A stretch of 64,000 nt of DNA, taken from Occultella glacieicola. Its GTDB lineage: Bacteria > Actinomycetota > Actinomycetes > Actinomycetales > Beutenbergiaceae. The notes under the pieces are model-generated. The model had not been told where the DNA came from. It was given only the letters and a program-made list of their open reading frames with translations, and searched no databases. Shown here piece by piece: positions 29,430 to 38,920 of the stretch. The DNA is taken from contig NZ_SMNA01000012.1 in NCBI RefSeq assembly GCF_004353825.1, forward strand, positions 1-64,000, read 5' to 3'. Position numbers and translations under genes: made by a program. The stretch's first letter is position 1; every line of letters starts with the position of its first letter.

Positions 29430-30691
29430 GCGGCACCGCCGAGGTGCACGATGCCGTCCCTCGCCAGGCGTTCGGCGTCACCGGCGTCCAGGCCCAGTTC
29501 CGCGAGCACCTCGGCCGAGTGCTCACCGTGGCGCGGCGCCGGGCGCCGCACCGGCAGCCGGTGGCCGTCGACCGAGAGCGGGTTCAGGACCAGGTCGACC
29601 GGCCCGATGCCCGGGTGGGTCACCCTCGCGTGCCGGCCCGCCCAGCCGACGACCGGGTCGGTCGCCATCGTGTCCAGGTCGTTGACCGGGGCGCACCACA
29701 CGCCGTTGGCCTCCAGGACGGCCAGCGCTTCGGCCGTGGTGCGGGGGGCGAGGAGTGCGCCGACCTCCGCGACGAGGTCGTCGCGCCCCTCGAGCGCGGC
29801 CGCCTTGTCCGGGAACCGCTCGTGCAGGTCCGGAAGCCCGAGCGCGCGGGCGAGGTCCGCCGTCGGGCACATCGAGATCGCGATCCACCCGTCGCTCGTC
29901 GCGTAGACGCCGTAGGGGCCCTCCATGAACGGGTTCGACGGCGAGGGCGAGCGTCGCGAGGAGCGGTCACCGTTGTGGTGGGAGACGAGTTCCTGGGTCA
30001 TCTGGTGCAGCATCGAGCCGACCAGGTCGATCTCGAGGTGCCGCCCGACGCCGGTGCGGGTCCTCTCGAACAGGGCGGCACACACCCCGAGCGCGAGCAT
30101 CGACGCGGCGTGCGCGTCGGCGATGAACGGACCGGCAGGCGACGGCGGGCCGCCGTGCTGCCCGGTCAGCCACATCGCGCCGCTGCGGGCCTGGGCGAGG
30201 AGATCCTGCCCGGGCCGGTCGGCCTCGTCGCCCCCGTAGCCGGAACCGGAGCAGTAGACCAGGCCCGGGTTCAGGGCGTGCACCTCGTCCCAGCCCAGTC
30301 CGAGCCGGCCGATCACCCCGGGCCGGAAGTTCTGCACCAGCACGTCGGCGCGGGCCACGAGATCCCGGGCGATCGCGATCCCGGCCTCCGACTTCAGGTC
30401 GAGCGCAAGGGAGCGCTTGTTGCGGTTCATGGCGAGGTAGAAGGCGGAGTGGCCGCCGATCCGCGTGGTTCCGGACTCCCGGCCCCGCTCACCGCCCCGC
30501 ACGTGTTCCACCTTGATCACGTCGGCCCCGAGATCGGCGAGCATCTCGGTGGCCCAGGGCCCCTGCATCATGTGGGACAGGTCGAGGACCCGCACCCCGT
30601 GCAGGGGCAGCCCGTCCGATCCGGGCGCACCGTTCGTGTCGGGTGCACCGTCCGCCCCGGCGAGCGTCCCGTACTGGCTGATCATGCTCAC
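29426..30691 (-). CDS. CaiB/BaiF family III CoA-transferase (copy 1)
   Basis: LADLGADVIKVE, NRNKRS, NFRPG, RPGQD; RBS ggaggg before GTG 30691. Confidence 0.9.
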   Translation of the reverse strand: MSMISQYGTLAGADGAPDTNGAPGSDGLPLHGVRVLDLSHMMQGPWATEMLADLGADVIKVEHVRGGERGRESGTTRIGGHSAFYLAMNRNKRSLALDLKSEAGIAIARDLVARADVLVQNFRPGVIGRLGLGWDEVHALNPGLVYCSGSGYGGDEADRPGQDLLAQARSGAMWLTGQHGGPPSPAGPFIADAHAASMLALGVCAALFERTRTGVGRHLEIDLVGSMLHQMTQELVSHHNGDRSSRRSPSPSNPFMEGPYGVYATSDGWIAISMCPTADLARALGLPDLHERFPDKAAALEGRDDLVAEVGALLAPRTTAEALAVLEANGVWCAPVNDLDTMATDPVVGWAGRHARVTHPGIGPVDLVLNPLSVDGHRLPVRRPAPRHGEHSAEVLAELGLDAGDAERLARDGIVHLGGAA

Positions 30692-30771
30692 GTACCCTCC
30701 TGTCTTGACGGGGAGCCACGTTGGTCCCGGCCGCGCACTCCGCGTTCGGCGAGAAGGCGCTAAGGTCACTG

Positions 30772-30785
30772 TTATATCGATCTAC
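30772..30785. promoter_or_regulatory. candidate LacI operator TTATATCGATCTAC
   Basis: 12/14 match to palindrome GTAGATCGATCTAC; lies between divergent caiB and lacI; related sites at 37302 and 37457. Confidence 0.6.
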
Positions 30786-30823
30786 TGAAGCGTAGCACCG
30801 AGTATCGGAACGGAGCGAAGGCC

Positions 30824-31849
30824 ATGGGGCGGGTCACCCTCAATGACGTAAGTGCCCGGGCTGGCGTGTCGCGGGCGACGGCTTCGCTCGTAGTCCGCGG
30901 CAGCACCCGGATCTCGCCCGCGACGACAGAGCGGGTGCGGGCCGCCATGGCCGAACTCGGCTACGTCTACGACCGCCGCGCCGCCATGCTCCGTGGCTCC
31001 CGTTCGATGACGATCGGCGTAGTGGTGCCGGAAATCCGGAACCCGTACCTCAGCGAGATGATCATGTCCGTCGAGCAGACGCTTCACGACGAGGGCTTCA
31101 CCGTGCTCGTCGGGCACAGTCACGACCAGGCCGAACGCGAGTTCGAGGTCCTGTCCACCATGCTCGAGCGGCACGTGGACGGGATCCTCCTGCAGCCGGC
31201 CCAGGACCTGACCGTGGAGCAGGTAGACCGATACACCAAGCCGACCGACACTCCCCTCGTGATGCTCATGCGGTACCTGACCGACGGTGACAACTTCGTC
31301 GGTCCCGACAACGAGCTGGCCGGGGTGCTGCTCGGTCGGCACCTGCAAACCCTGGGCGCCCGCTCGGTGACCCTCGTCGGCGGCCCCCGGACGTCCTCGG
31401 CGCGTCGCCAACGCGTGGCCGGCCTGCGCGCCGCGCTCGGGCCGGAGATCGAGTTCGACTCCGGGGAGGCCACGGCCACCCCGACGAACTACACCGACGT
31501 GGGCGAACGGGCCATGGCGCACATCTTCGACCAGGGTCGCCTGCCCGACGTGGTGGTCGGCTACAGCGACGTGGTCGCGATGGGGATGTACGCGGAGATC
31601 TACCGCCGGGGCCTGACCCCCGGGCGGGATGTGGCCGTGGCCGGGTTCGACGACATCCCGATGGCGTCGTGGCTGGCTCCCCCGCTGACCTCGGTGGCGT
31701 CCTGGCCCGAGCGGGTCGGCAAGGCGGCCGCCGAACTGCTCCTGGCCAGGATCGCGGACGACTCCGCGCCGCCGGTGCGGGTGGAACTCGAACCGGCGCT
31801 CCGACTGCGGGCCTCGACCCTCTCCTGGGGCAAGCGGTCGCGGGACTGA
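30824..31849 (+). CDS. LacI family transcriptional regulator
   Basis: TLNDVSARAGVSRATAS, VAGFDD, PPLTSV. Confidence 0.93.
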   Translation: MGRVTLNDVSARAGVSRATASLVVRGSTRISPATTERVRAAMAELGYVYDRRAAMLRGSRSMTIGVVVPEIRNPYLSEMIMSVEQTLHDEGFTVLVGHSHDQAEREFEVLSTMLERHVDGILLQPAQDLTVEQVDRYTKPTDTPLVMLMRYLTDGDNFVGPDNELAGVLLGRHLQTLGARSVTLVGGPRTSSARRQRVAGLRAALGPEIEFDSGEATATPTNYTDVGERAMAHIFDQGRLPDVVVGYSDVVAMGMYAEIYRRGLTPGRDVAVAGFDDIPMASWLAPPLTSVASWPERVGKAAAELLLARIADDSAPPVRVELEPALRLRASTLSWGKRSRD

Positions 31850-31860
31850 GCCCGTTCGCC

Positions 31861-32655
31861 CTACCGACCGCTGAACTCCGGCGTCCGCTTCTCGCCGAAT
31901 GCTGCCACGCCCTCGGCGAGGTCGTCGGTGCCGACGGACAGGCCACCGGCCAGGGCCTCGACCACCGACGCCGGGGCACCCTCGAGGGTCGCCGTGACGA
32001 GCTGCTTCGCCAGGGCCACGGCCACCGGCGCGCCGCCCCGGATCCGGGTGCTCCAGCGCTGCACGCACTCCGGCAGTGCCGACGGTGCGGCGACCTCGTT
32101 CACCAGCCCCCAGGCGAGCGCCGCGTCCGCCGCCACCTCCCGGCGGGCGAGGATCATCTCCTTCGCCCGGGACGGACCGACGAGCGCCGGCAGCCGGCCG
32201 GTGCCGCCCCAGCCGGGGACGGTGCCCAGGCCCGTCTCCGGGAGAGCGAGCCGGGCGCCGTCGGCCATGATGCGGAAGTCGCAGGCCAGGGCCAGTTCGA
32301 GGCCGCCGCCGAAGGCGAGACCGTCGATGACGGCGATCGTGGGACACCGGATCGCCTCGAGGGCGCTGAACGCCCGGTGCCCGACGCTGATCCAGTCGCG
32401 CCACATCTCGACGCCGCCGAGGGCGCCGAACATCGTGATGTCCGCGCCGACGCAGAACACCCTGGTTCCGGCCGTGCGCACGAGGACCAGCCGGGCCGGG
32501 GAGTCGTCAGCCTCCCGGGCCACTCGCTCCAGGTCGCGCAGCATCGCCGGGGTGAGCGCATTGAGCTTCGCGGCCCGGTCCAGCGTGATCGTCGCGACCT
32601 CGCCGGAGTCGTCGAACGAGATGGCGGCGGTGCCGTGGTCCGGTGTCCCGGTCAT
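31861..32655 (-). CDS. enoyl-CoA hydratase/isomerase (crotonase family)
   Basis: KLNAL, FCVGADI, GGGLELALACD, LPE, KRTPEF. Confidence 0.9.
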   Translation of the reverse strand: MTGTPDHGTAAISFDDSGEVATITLDRAAKLNALTPAMLRDLERVAREADDSPARLVLVRTAGTRVFCVGADITMFGALGGVEMWRDWISVGHRAFSALEAIRCPTIAVIDGLAFGGGLELALACDFRIMADGARLALPETGLGTVPGWGGTGRLPALVGPSRAKEMILARREVAADAALAWGLVNEVAAPSALPECVQRWSTRIRGGAPVAVALAKQLVTATLEGAPASVVEALAGGLSVGTDDLAEGVAAFGEKRTPEFSGR

Positions 32656-34292
32656 CGCCCGCTCCCCTCCGTCGTTGCGGCGCGGCGGGCGAGCCGGCCG
32701 TGCCCCGGGTGCTCGGGCAGCGTCAGTCCCATCGCGCCCTCGCGGAACAGCGCGCGGTCCATCAGGCGTAGGTCGTCGCTGACCAGCAGTCCGAACGCGC
32801 TGCGGGCCAACACGTCCCTGTCCAGGTCGACACCCGGAGCGATCTCGGTGACGGTGATCCCCTCGGGGCGCAGCTGCATCACGCAGCGCTCGGTCACGTA
32901 CGTCACCCGCTGGCCGCGGCTCAGGGCGAGCTGGCCGTTGAAGGTGACCGCGGCGACCTCGGGCACCAGCTTGGTGTGCGGACCGTCGGCGACGATCCCG
33001 AGCCCGTCCGCGCCCACGTCGATCTGCCGCCGACCCGCGGTGAACGACCCCACGAACACGATCTCCGGGGCCGCGGCGGTGATGTCCGCGAAGCCGCCCA
33101 CGCCGGCGGTGACGTGCCGGCGGTGGGGCAGGTGGTGGACGTTGACGTTGCCATGGGCGTCGATCTCCAGGAAGGAGAGCAGGCTGTGGGAGAAGCCCCC
33201 GCCCTGCAGCAGGGTGAACTGGTCGGCGCTCTGCATGATCGCGTCGGGGTTCTGCGAGCAGCCGAACGCGAAGTCGAGCAGCGGGATGCCTCCCACGGCC
33301 CCCTGCTCGAGCACCCACGAGACCGCGGTGCCGTGGCCCTCCTCGTTCAGCACGTGCGGCACCAGGGCGGAGACACCGAACCCGAGGTTGACGGTCTCCC
33401 CGGCGGCGAGCTCAGTGGCGGCGCGCCGGGCCATCACCTTCTCGAGGGAGTAGGCCACTGGGGGCAGGTCGGCGAGGGGGCGACGCAGCTGCCCGGAGAT
33501 GGCCGGGTCGTAGTGGGTGTGGGTGGTCTGCATCTGGTCCGGGTCGATGACGACGGCGTCGACGAGGATCCCCGGAACGCGCACCTTCTGCGGGTCGAGG
33601 CTGCGGCCGCTGGCCATTCGCTTCACCTGCGCGATCACCAGGCCGCCGTTGTTGTGCGAGGCGTAGGCGAGGTCGAGGGCGCCGAGCGGGGAGCCCTCGT
33701 CCTCGAACGTGAGGTTCCCGAACTCATCGGCCGTGGTCGCCCGGATGATCGCCACGTCCGGAACGATCGACCGGAAGAACAACCACTCCTGGTCGTCGAC
33801 CGTGTGCAGCTCGACGATGTCCGCGGGTGTGGTCTCGTTCATCCGGCCACCGCCCTCGCGCGGATCGATGAACGTGCCCTGACCGACCTTCGTGAGCACG
33901 CCGGGCTGGTGCGCCGCGACGGCCCGGTGCATCTGGAACAGCGTGCCCGAGGGGAAGTTGTAGGCCTCGACCTGCTCGTGCTCGATCATCGCCCAGATCG
34001 CGGGCGGCTCGGCCGAGGACGGGCCCGAGGGGTAGGAGCCCGCGACCACCCGCTTCAGCAGGCCGGGCCGGGCGAGGTGGTCGATCCCGCGGATGCCGTA
34101 CATGTCCCCGGCGGCGATCGGGTGGACGGACGTCAGCGCCCGCGGCGCCTGCGTCTGCTCGAACCGCTGACCGATCCCGCGCAGGACCGCGTCCGGGCAC
34201 CCGAGCCCGGACGAGGAACTGACCGTGACGACGTCTCCGTCCTCGATGAGTTCGGCCGCCTCGCGTGCGGTGAGGATCTCGACTCTCTTCAT
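32652..34292 (-). CDS. acyl-CoA:acetate/3-ketoacid CoA-transferase (family I, YdiF/Pct-like)
   Basis: GTFIDPR, ADEFGN, NLGFG, catalytic EQG, GNVNV, YVTERCV, EIAPGVDL. Confidence 0.9.
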   Translation of the reverse strand: MKRVEILTAREAAELIEDGDVVTVSSSSGLGCPDAVLRGIGQRFEQTQAPRALTSVHPIAAGDMYGIRGIDHLARPGLLKRVVAGSYPSGPSSAEPPAIWAMIEHEQVEAYNFPSGTLFQMHRAVAAHQPGVLTKVGQGTFIDPREGGGRMNETTPADIVELHTVDDQEWLFFRSIVPDVAIIRATTADEFGNLTFEDEGSPLGALDLAYASHNNGGLVIAQVKRMASGRSLDPQKVRVPGILVDAVVIDPDQMQTTHTHYDPAISGQLRRPLADLPPVAYSLEKVMARRAATELAAGETVNLGFGVSALVPHVLNEEGHGTAVSWVLEQGAVGGIPLLDFAFGCSQNPDAIMQSADQFTLLQGGGFSHSLLSFLEIDAHGNVNVHHLPHRRHVTAGVGGFADITAAAPEIVFVGSFTAGRRQIDVGADGLGIVADGPHTKLVPEVAAVTFNGQLALSRGQRVTYVTERCVMQLRPEGITVTEIAPGVDLDRDVLARSAFGLLVSDDLRLMDRALFREGAMGLTLPEHPGHGRLARRAATTEGSGR

Positions 34293-34316
34293 GCGTGCAG
34301 CTTCCTTGAAGGTTGA

Positions 34317-34347
34317 GCGTGGCCCCACCGAGCGGGTGGGGCCACGC
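34317..34347. terminator. intercistronic hairpin between dctM and the CoA-transferase gene
   Basis: gcgtggccccacc / ggtggggccacgc 13-bp inverted repeat. Confidence 0.5.
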
Positions 34348-34357
34348 GACGAATCTG

Positions 34358-35641
34358 CTACTCGCCACCCAGTCCGGGCAGCCACAGGACGACGTCCGGT
34401 ACCAGGATCGCCAGCGCCATCGTCGCCACGATCACCAATCCGAACGGAGCCATTGGTTTGATCGCCTGGATCACCGGGATCTTGCCGATCTTGGCCGCGA
34501 GCAGCAGGCACAGCCCGTACGGTGGCGTGATCAGTCCGAACGCGAGCGCGATGACGGCAACCACGCCGTACTGGACCGGGTCCACCCCGGCGGCCAGCAC
34601 CGCGGGTGCGAGCACCGGAATCATGATCGCCATCGCGGGCAGGGCGTCCAGGAACGTCCCCAGGACCACGAAGATCAGCACGACCACCCACAGGATCGCC
34701 CAACTCGGCACGCCGGCGAGCGCGTCCTCGAAGATGAACGGGATCCGGTAGAACGCGAGCAAATAGGCGAACACCGCCGCGGCGGCCAGCGCGAACAGCG
34801 GCAGCGCCGTCAGCAGCGCGCTCTCCCGGAAGATCTTCGGCAGGTCCCGGATCTTGATGGTCCGGTAGACGACCAGCCCGAGGAACAGCGCGTACAGCAC
34901 GGCCAGGACCGACGCCTCGGTTGCGGTGACGAAGCCGCCGATGATGCCTCCGAGCACGATCACGATCATGACCAGGGCCAGGGCGGAGTCCCGGAAGGCC
35001 ACGGCGACCTCCTTGAACGGCATCCGCGGCTCCCGCGGGTAGTCGTGCCGGCGGGCCTCGACATAGGCGACCAGCATCATCCCGCCACCGATCATGACGC
35101 CGGGCACCACCCCACCGAGGAACATGGCCCCGATCGAGGTGTTCGTCAGGGATCCCCAGACCACCATCTGGATCGAGGGCGGGATGATCGTGCCGATCAC
35201 AGCGGACGCGGCCGTGATCCCGACCGCGTACCCGGCCGCGTACCCGCGGCGTTTCATCTGCGGGATCAGGATCGACCCGAGGCCGGCGACGTCCGCGGTC
35301 GACGAACCTGACACGCCCCCGAATCCCATCGAGGTCGCGACATTGACCATTCCCAGTCCACCGCGGACCCACCCGACCAGTGCGTTCGCGAGGGCGAGCA
35401 ACCGGTCGGTGACCTTCGCCGCGTTCATGATGCCGCCGGCGAGGACGAAGAAGGGCACGGCGAGCAGCACGAACGAGTCCACGCCCGCGTACATCCGCTG
35501 CACCAACAGTTCGGAGTTCAGCCGGTCCGCCAGGAAGAAGAACGGAAGGCAGGCCAGCAGCAGCGCGTAGGCGATCGGTACCCGGAGCAGGCAGATGACG
35601 ATGAAGATGACCAGCAGCGACACGGCGATGGTGACCATCAC
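34358..35641 (-). CDS. dctM: TRAP transporter large permease
   Basis: LAVPFF, SGSSTAD, IIPPSI, TATEAS, TPPYG. Confidence 0.93.
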   Translation of the reverse strand: MMVTIAVSLLVIFIVICLLRVPIAYALLLACLPFFFLADRLNSELLVQRMYAGVDSFVLLAVPFFVLAGGIMNAAKVTDRLLALANALVGWVRGGLGMVNVATSMGFGGVSGSSTADVAGLGSILIPQMKRRGYAAGYAVGITAASAVIGTIIPPSIQMVVWGSLTNTSIGAMFLGGVVPGVMIGGGMMLVAYVEARRHDYPREPRMPFKEVAVAFRDSALALVMIVIVLGGIIGGFVTATEASVLAVLYALFLGLVVYRTIKIRDLPKIFRESALLTALPLFALAAAAVFAYLLAFYRIPFIFEDALAGVPSWAILWVVVLIFVVLGTFLDALPAMAIMIPVLAPAVLAAGVDPVQYGVVAVIALAFGLITPPYGLCLLLAAKIGKIPVIQAIKPMAPFGLVIVATMALAILVPDVVLWLPGLGGE

Positions 35642-36186
35642 TCACCAACTCCTTCGATGCCGTGTCCCTCAGGAGTCACGGCCGTTTGGTCGACCAGATC
35701 AGCACCGATCTCCTCCACGGCCTCGCCGCGCAGGGTCCGCACGGCCAGCTCGATGACGAAGAAGAGCATGCACAGGCCCGCTACGGGTAGGGAGGCGAAC
35801 GCCCAGGTGAGCGTGATGCCCGACGTCGTCGAGGTCCGGCCGAGCCCGGTCTCAGCGAGCGCGAGGCCGCCGACGATGATCGCGACCGAGGCGAGTGCCA
35901 GGAAGGCCAGGATGACGAGTTGGATCGGTACCCGGAACCTCGTCGCGACCCTCGACGGGATGACGTCGATGATGAAGTGTTCGTTGCGACGGATGGCGAG
36001 CGCGGCACCAAGGAACACGAGCCACTCCAGGCAGAGCCGGGAGATCTCCTCGGTCCAGATCGCGCGCGGGATGAACGGCACGTAACGGCCGATCACCTGA
36101 TAGGAGACCACGACGGTCAGCGCTCCGAGAAGCACCGTCACGGCAACGAGCAACGCCCGGTAGAGCCGGTCTGCGGCGGCGACCAT
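35638..36186 (-). CDS. dctQ: TRAP transporter small permease
   Basis: QVIGRY, WTEEISR, WLVFLGA, four TM helices. Confidence 0.9.
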   Translation of the reverse strand: MVAAADRLYRALLVAVTVLLGALTVVVSYQVIGRYVPFIPRAIWTEEISRLCLEWLVFLGAALAIRRNEHFIIDVIPSRVATRFRVPIQLVILAFLALASVAIIVGGLALAETGLGRTSTTSGITLTWAFASLPVAGLCMLFFVIELAVRTLRGEAVEEIGADLVDQTAVTPEGHGIEGVGE

Positions 36187-36187
36187 G

Positions 36188-37222
36188 TCAGCCCCGCAAC
36201 TCGATGATCTGCTCCAGTACGTCCTCCATGCCCCACTGGCCGGCATACTCCTCCCAGACCGGGCGGACCATGTCGATCGCACCGGAGGTGTCCGCCTCGA
36301 CCACAGTGACCCCGTCCAGCTCAGCCAGGCCGGCCAGCTGCTCGTCGTCGACCTCGGCCTCGAGGTCACGCTCGAACTGGCCGGCCTCGTCGGCCGCGTC
36401 GAGCACAGCCGCGCGCAGGTCCTCCGGCAGCCCTTCCAGCGTGGACGACGCGATCATCAGGGGACGGATCGTGACCTCATGGTTCGTGATCAGGATGTTC
36501 GGTGCCGGCTCGTAGAACTTCTGGCTCTCGATGAACACGGACTCGTTCTCCGCGCCCCCGACGACCCCGGTCTGCAGCGCGTTGTAGAGCTCGTTGTAGG
36601 CGACCACGGTCGGCTCGAGCCCGACCGCGGCGAACGAGTCCGTGAGGACCTCACTGGGCTGAACCCGGAAGAGCCGCCCGCCGATGTCCTCGAGGCCGGT
36701 GGCCGGCTCGGTGAAGAACATCTGGCGGATACCACCGCCGAAGTAGGTCATCGGAACCACGCCGGAGGTCTCCTCGATGCTGGTGGCGAGGTCCTCGGCG
36801 ATCGACCCCTCGATGATCGCGTCGCGCTGCTCCCGGCTGGTGACCAGGAACGGCATCGAGAGGATCGACACCTGCGGCACGAACTCGGCGATCGAGCCCG
36901 GCGCGACGATCGCGACATCCATCGTGCCGGACTGCATGGCCTGGAACATGTCCGTCTCGGTGCCGAGCTCGGCGTTCGGGTGGACCTCGACGGTGACCTG
37001 CCCGTCGGTCTTCTCCTCGACGAGTCGGGCGAACTCGTCCAGGCCCTGATCGAACGGGGTATCGGCAGCCAGCTGATGGCCCGCGACGAGCGTGAAGGTC
37101 TCATCCTCGGCCCCACCGCCCTCCCCGTTGATGGCGTCCTCGCTGCAGGCGGCAACCGATGCGGTCAGCGCAGCGGCGACGAGCAGGACGCCGGCCCGGC
37201 GTGCGGTCGTGGTGGTTCGCAT
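36188..37222 (-). CDS. dctP: TRAP substrate-binding lipoprotein
   Basis: lipobox VAAC, PNAELG, FRVQ (conserved Arg), ELYNALQTGVV..AEN. Confidence 0.92.
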   Translation of the reverse strand: MRTTTTARRAGVLLVAAALTASVAACSEDAINGEGGGAEDETFTLVAGHQLAADTPFDQGLDEFARLVEEKTDGQVTVEVHPNAELGTETDMFQAMQSGTMDVAIVAPGSIAEFVPQVSILSMPFLVTSREQRDAIIEGSIAEDLATSIEETSGVVPMTYFGGGIRQMFFTEPATGLEDIGGRLFRVQPSEVLTDSFAAVGLEPTVVAYNELYNALQTGVVGGAENESVFIESQKFYEPAPNILITNHEVTIRPLMIASSTLEGLPEDLRAAVLDAADEAGQFERDLEAEVDDEQLAGLAELDGVTVVEADTSGAIDMVRPVWEEYAGQWGMEDVLEQIIELRG

Positions 37223-37301
37223 GGTGGTGGACCCTCTCAGTCTTCGTTGACGCCGTCACACCGCGGTGACGGCTGGCCGGCGACTCGGAGACGCCGGGCT
37301 G

Positions 37302-37315
37302 GTAGATCGATCACG
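37302..37315. promoter_or_regulatory. candidate LacI operator upstream of dctP (GTAGATCGATCACG)
   Basis: 11/14 match to the same palindrome; adjacent to a minus-strand TAGCGT -10-like hexamer. Confidence 0.55.
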
Positions 37316-37456
37316 CTAGGATAGACATAGAAGGTCGTCAACCTGCAACCGAGCGACGGCTACCAACCAGCTATGAGGCCGGCGCATCGCACATCCTCCC
37401 GAACTCTCGGGACATCGTGCGAGCGTTCGGTGAGCGACGGATCGCGGCTCGACGGA

Positions 37457-37470
37457 TTAGACCGATCTAC
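37457..37470. promoter_or_regulatory. candidate LacI operator upstream of the CoA-transferase relic (TTAGACCGATCTAC)
   Basis: 12/14 match to the same palindrome. Confidence 0.5.
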
Positions 37471-37503
37471 GTCAGATCTCGCTCGAGGGTCGAAAAGAGG
37501 CCC

Positions 37504-38075
37504 ATGCGCACCCAACCGATCCTCACGTCCGGCCAAGCCGCAGATCTCGTCCGCGACGGCGCGACCGCGACCGTCCCGTTCCCTTCCGGGCTTGGCTGCC
37601 CCGACGCGGTTCCGCCGTCGCTCGGGCGCCGCTTCCGCCTCCAGATGCACCGGGCCGCGGCGATGCGCCACCCGGCGTGCTCACCGAGGTCGGTACGGGT
37701 ACGTGCGCGGATCTGAGACAGTCCGACGCCCGGATGAACGACGTGACCGAGGAGTCCGTCCGGGTCGAGCACTCGGTAGGAACTAGGACTGACTGGCGTC
37801 GACCAGTTCACGCTGCTCGCCGGTGGAGCATCGACGTGGCGATGCTGTCGGGCGCCGGGCCAATGGGTCACGATCGCGACCGGACGCGCGGTCCTGCGCC
37901 TCACGCTCACGGGACTCGGAGGGCCACGAGATCACACCCGGCATCGACCTCCGGCGCGACGTGCTCGCCCGCGCCGACTGCGACCTGCGCGTCAGCGGCG
38001 AACATCGACCCATGGACGACACGCTCGTCCGTGAAGGCGACCTGCGACTGGAACCCGGCCCTCGCGGTCGGCCAG
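37504..38075 (+). pseudogene. heavily deleted relic of a second family I CoA-transferase
   Basis: colinear fragments ILTSGQAADLVRDG..SGLGCPDAV, QMHRA, LTEVGTGT..RMND, DQFTLL.GG and EITPGIDLRRDVLAR match the 32652-34292 protein across several frames. Confidence 0.8.
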
Positions 38076-38078
38076 CAC

Positions 38079-38699
38079 TCATCCCACCCGCTGTGCCGCC
38101 TGCTCCCACACGAAGCCGTCCGCGTCCGTGAACGACCCCGCGTCGCCGCCGATCAGCAGCCGGTGCGAGCCCGACCCGTCGGGTGAGACGCCGGCGTTCT
38201 TCGCAGCGAGCTTGCGCGGGTTCAGCGCCAAGGTCAGGCCACCCCGGGTGTCGGCGAACTCGGCATACTTGCCGCCGAAACTGCGGGTGGCGTTGAACCC
38301 GCGCTCGACGTAGAACTGCTTGCTCGCCTTGACGTCCGCCACCCCGAGCAGGAGCACGATGTCCTCGATGTCCAGGCTCACCGGGCCGCTGTCCTTCTTC
38401 GCGGACGACGCAAGCGTCCAGGACGTCCCGTCCGGCGACTGGAACGCGGCTCCATAGCCCCACAGGGACTTCTCGGCGGGCTTGACGACATTTGCTCCGG
38501 CCTCCACGGCCGCATTCAGCAACGCGTCGACGTTGCCCGGCTGGGACACCACGAGGGAGATCGAGAAGCCGCGGAATCCCACGCTCGGCTCGCCGCCGGC
38601 GCGCGCGCCGATCCGCTCGCTCACGCGGAGGGCGGCGCAGATCGCGGTGGTGGCGGCCGGGTCGGCCGCCTCGATGGTCAGGGACGTGATGGAGCTCAT
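38079..38699 (-). CDS. glyoxalase/VOC family protein (two modules)
   Basis: KPAEKSLWGYGAAFQSPDG, LGVADVKASKQFY, FTDADGFVWE. Confidence 0.85.
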   Translation of the reverse strand: MSSITSLTIEAADPAATTAICAALRVSERIGARAGGEPSVGFRGFSISLVVSQPGNVDALLNAAVEAGANVVKPAEKSLWGYGAAFQSPDGTSWTLASSAKKDSGPVSLDIEDIVLLLGVADVKASKQFYVERGFNATRSFGGKYAEFADTRGGLTLALNPRKLAAKNAGVSPDGSGSHRLLIGGDAGSFTDADGFVWEQAAQRVG

Positions 38700-38920
38700 C
38701 GCTGGTGCACCTTCTCTGTTCGGTTCGATCGGGGCGCCGGTACGCGGGACGATCGGCGTGTTCCTCACGCTAGGTCGCGCTGCGCCGGTCCCGCTTCTCG
38801 ATTCCTGACCGGTCGCGGAACCGGACGTCGGCCATGATCGGTACCATCGGCGGCACCGGCCGGGCGAGGACGCCACCCTCGATCTGGCGCCGCCGCGCAC
38901 CGACGAGACGGAGACCGAAC

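Noticed and set aside
32652..35648. Apparent N-terminally extended or fused ORFs (998-aa CoA-transferase; also 27841-29526, 31861-33318, 45695-48052, 59663-61378)
   Set aside because: The extensions overlap upstream genes in another frame; true starts are internal, mostly at ATGA/GTGA overlaps.
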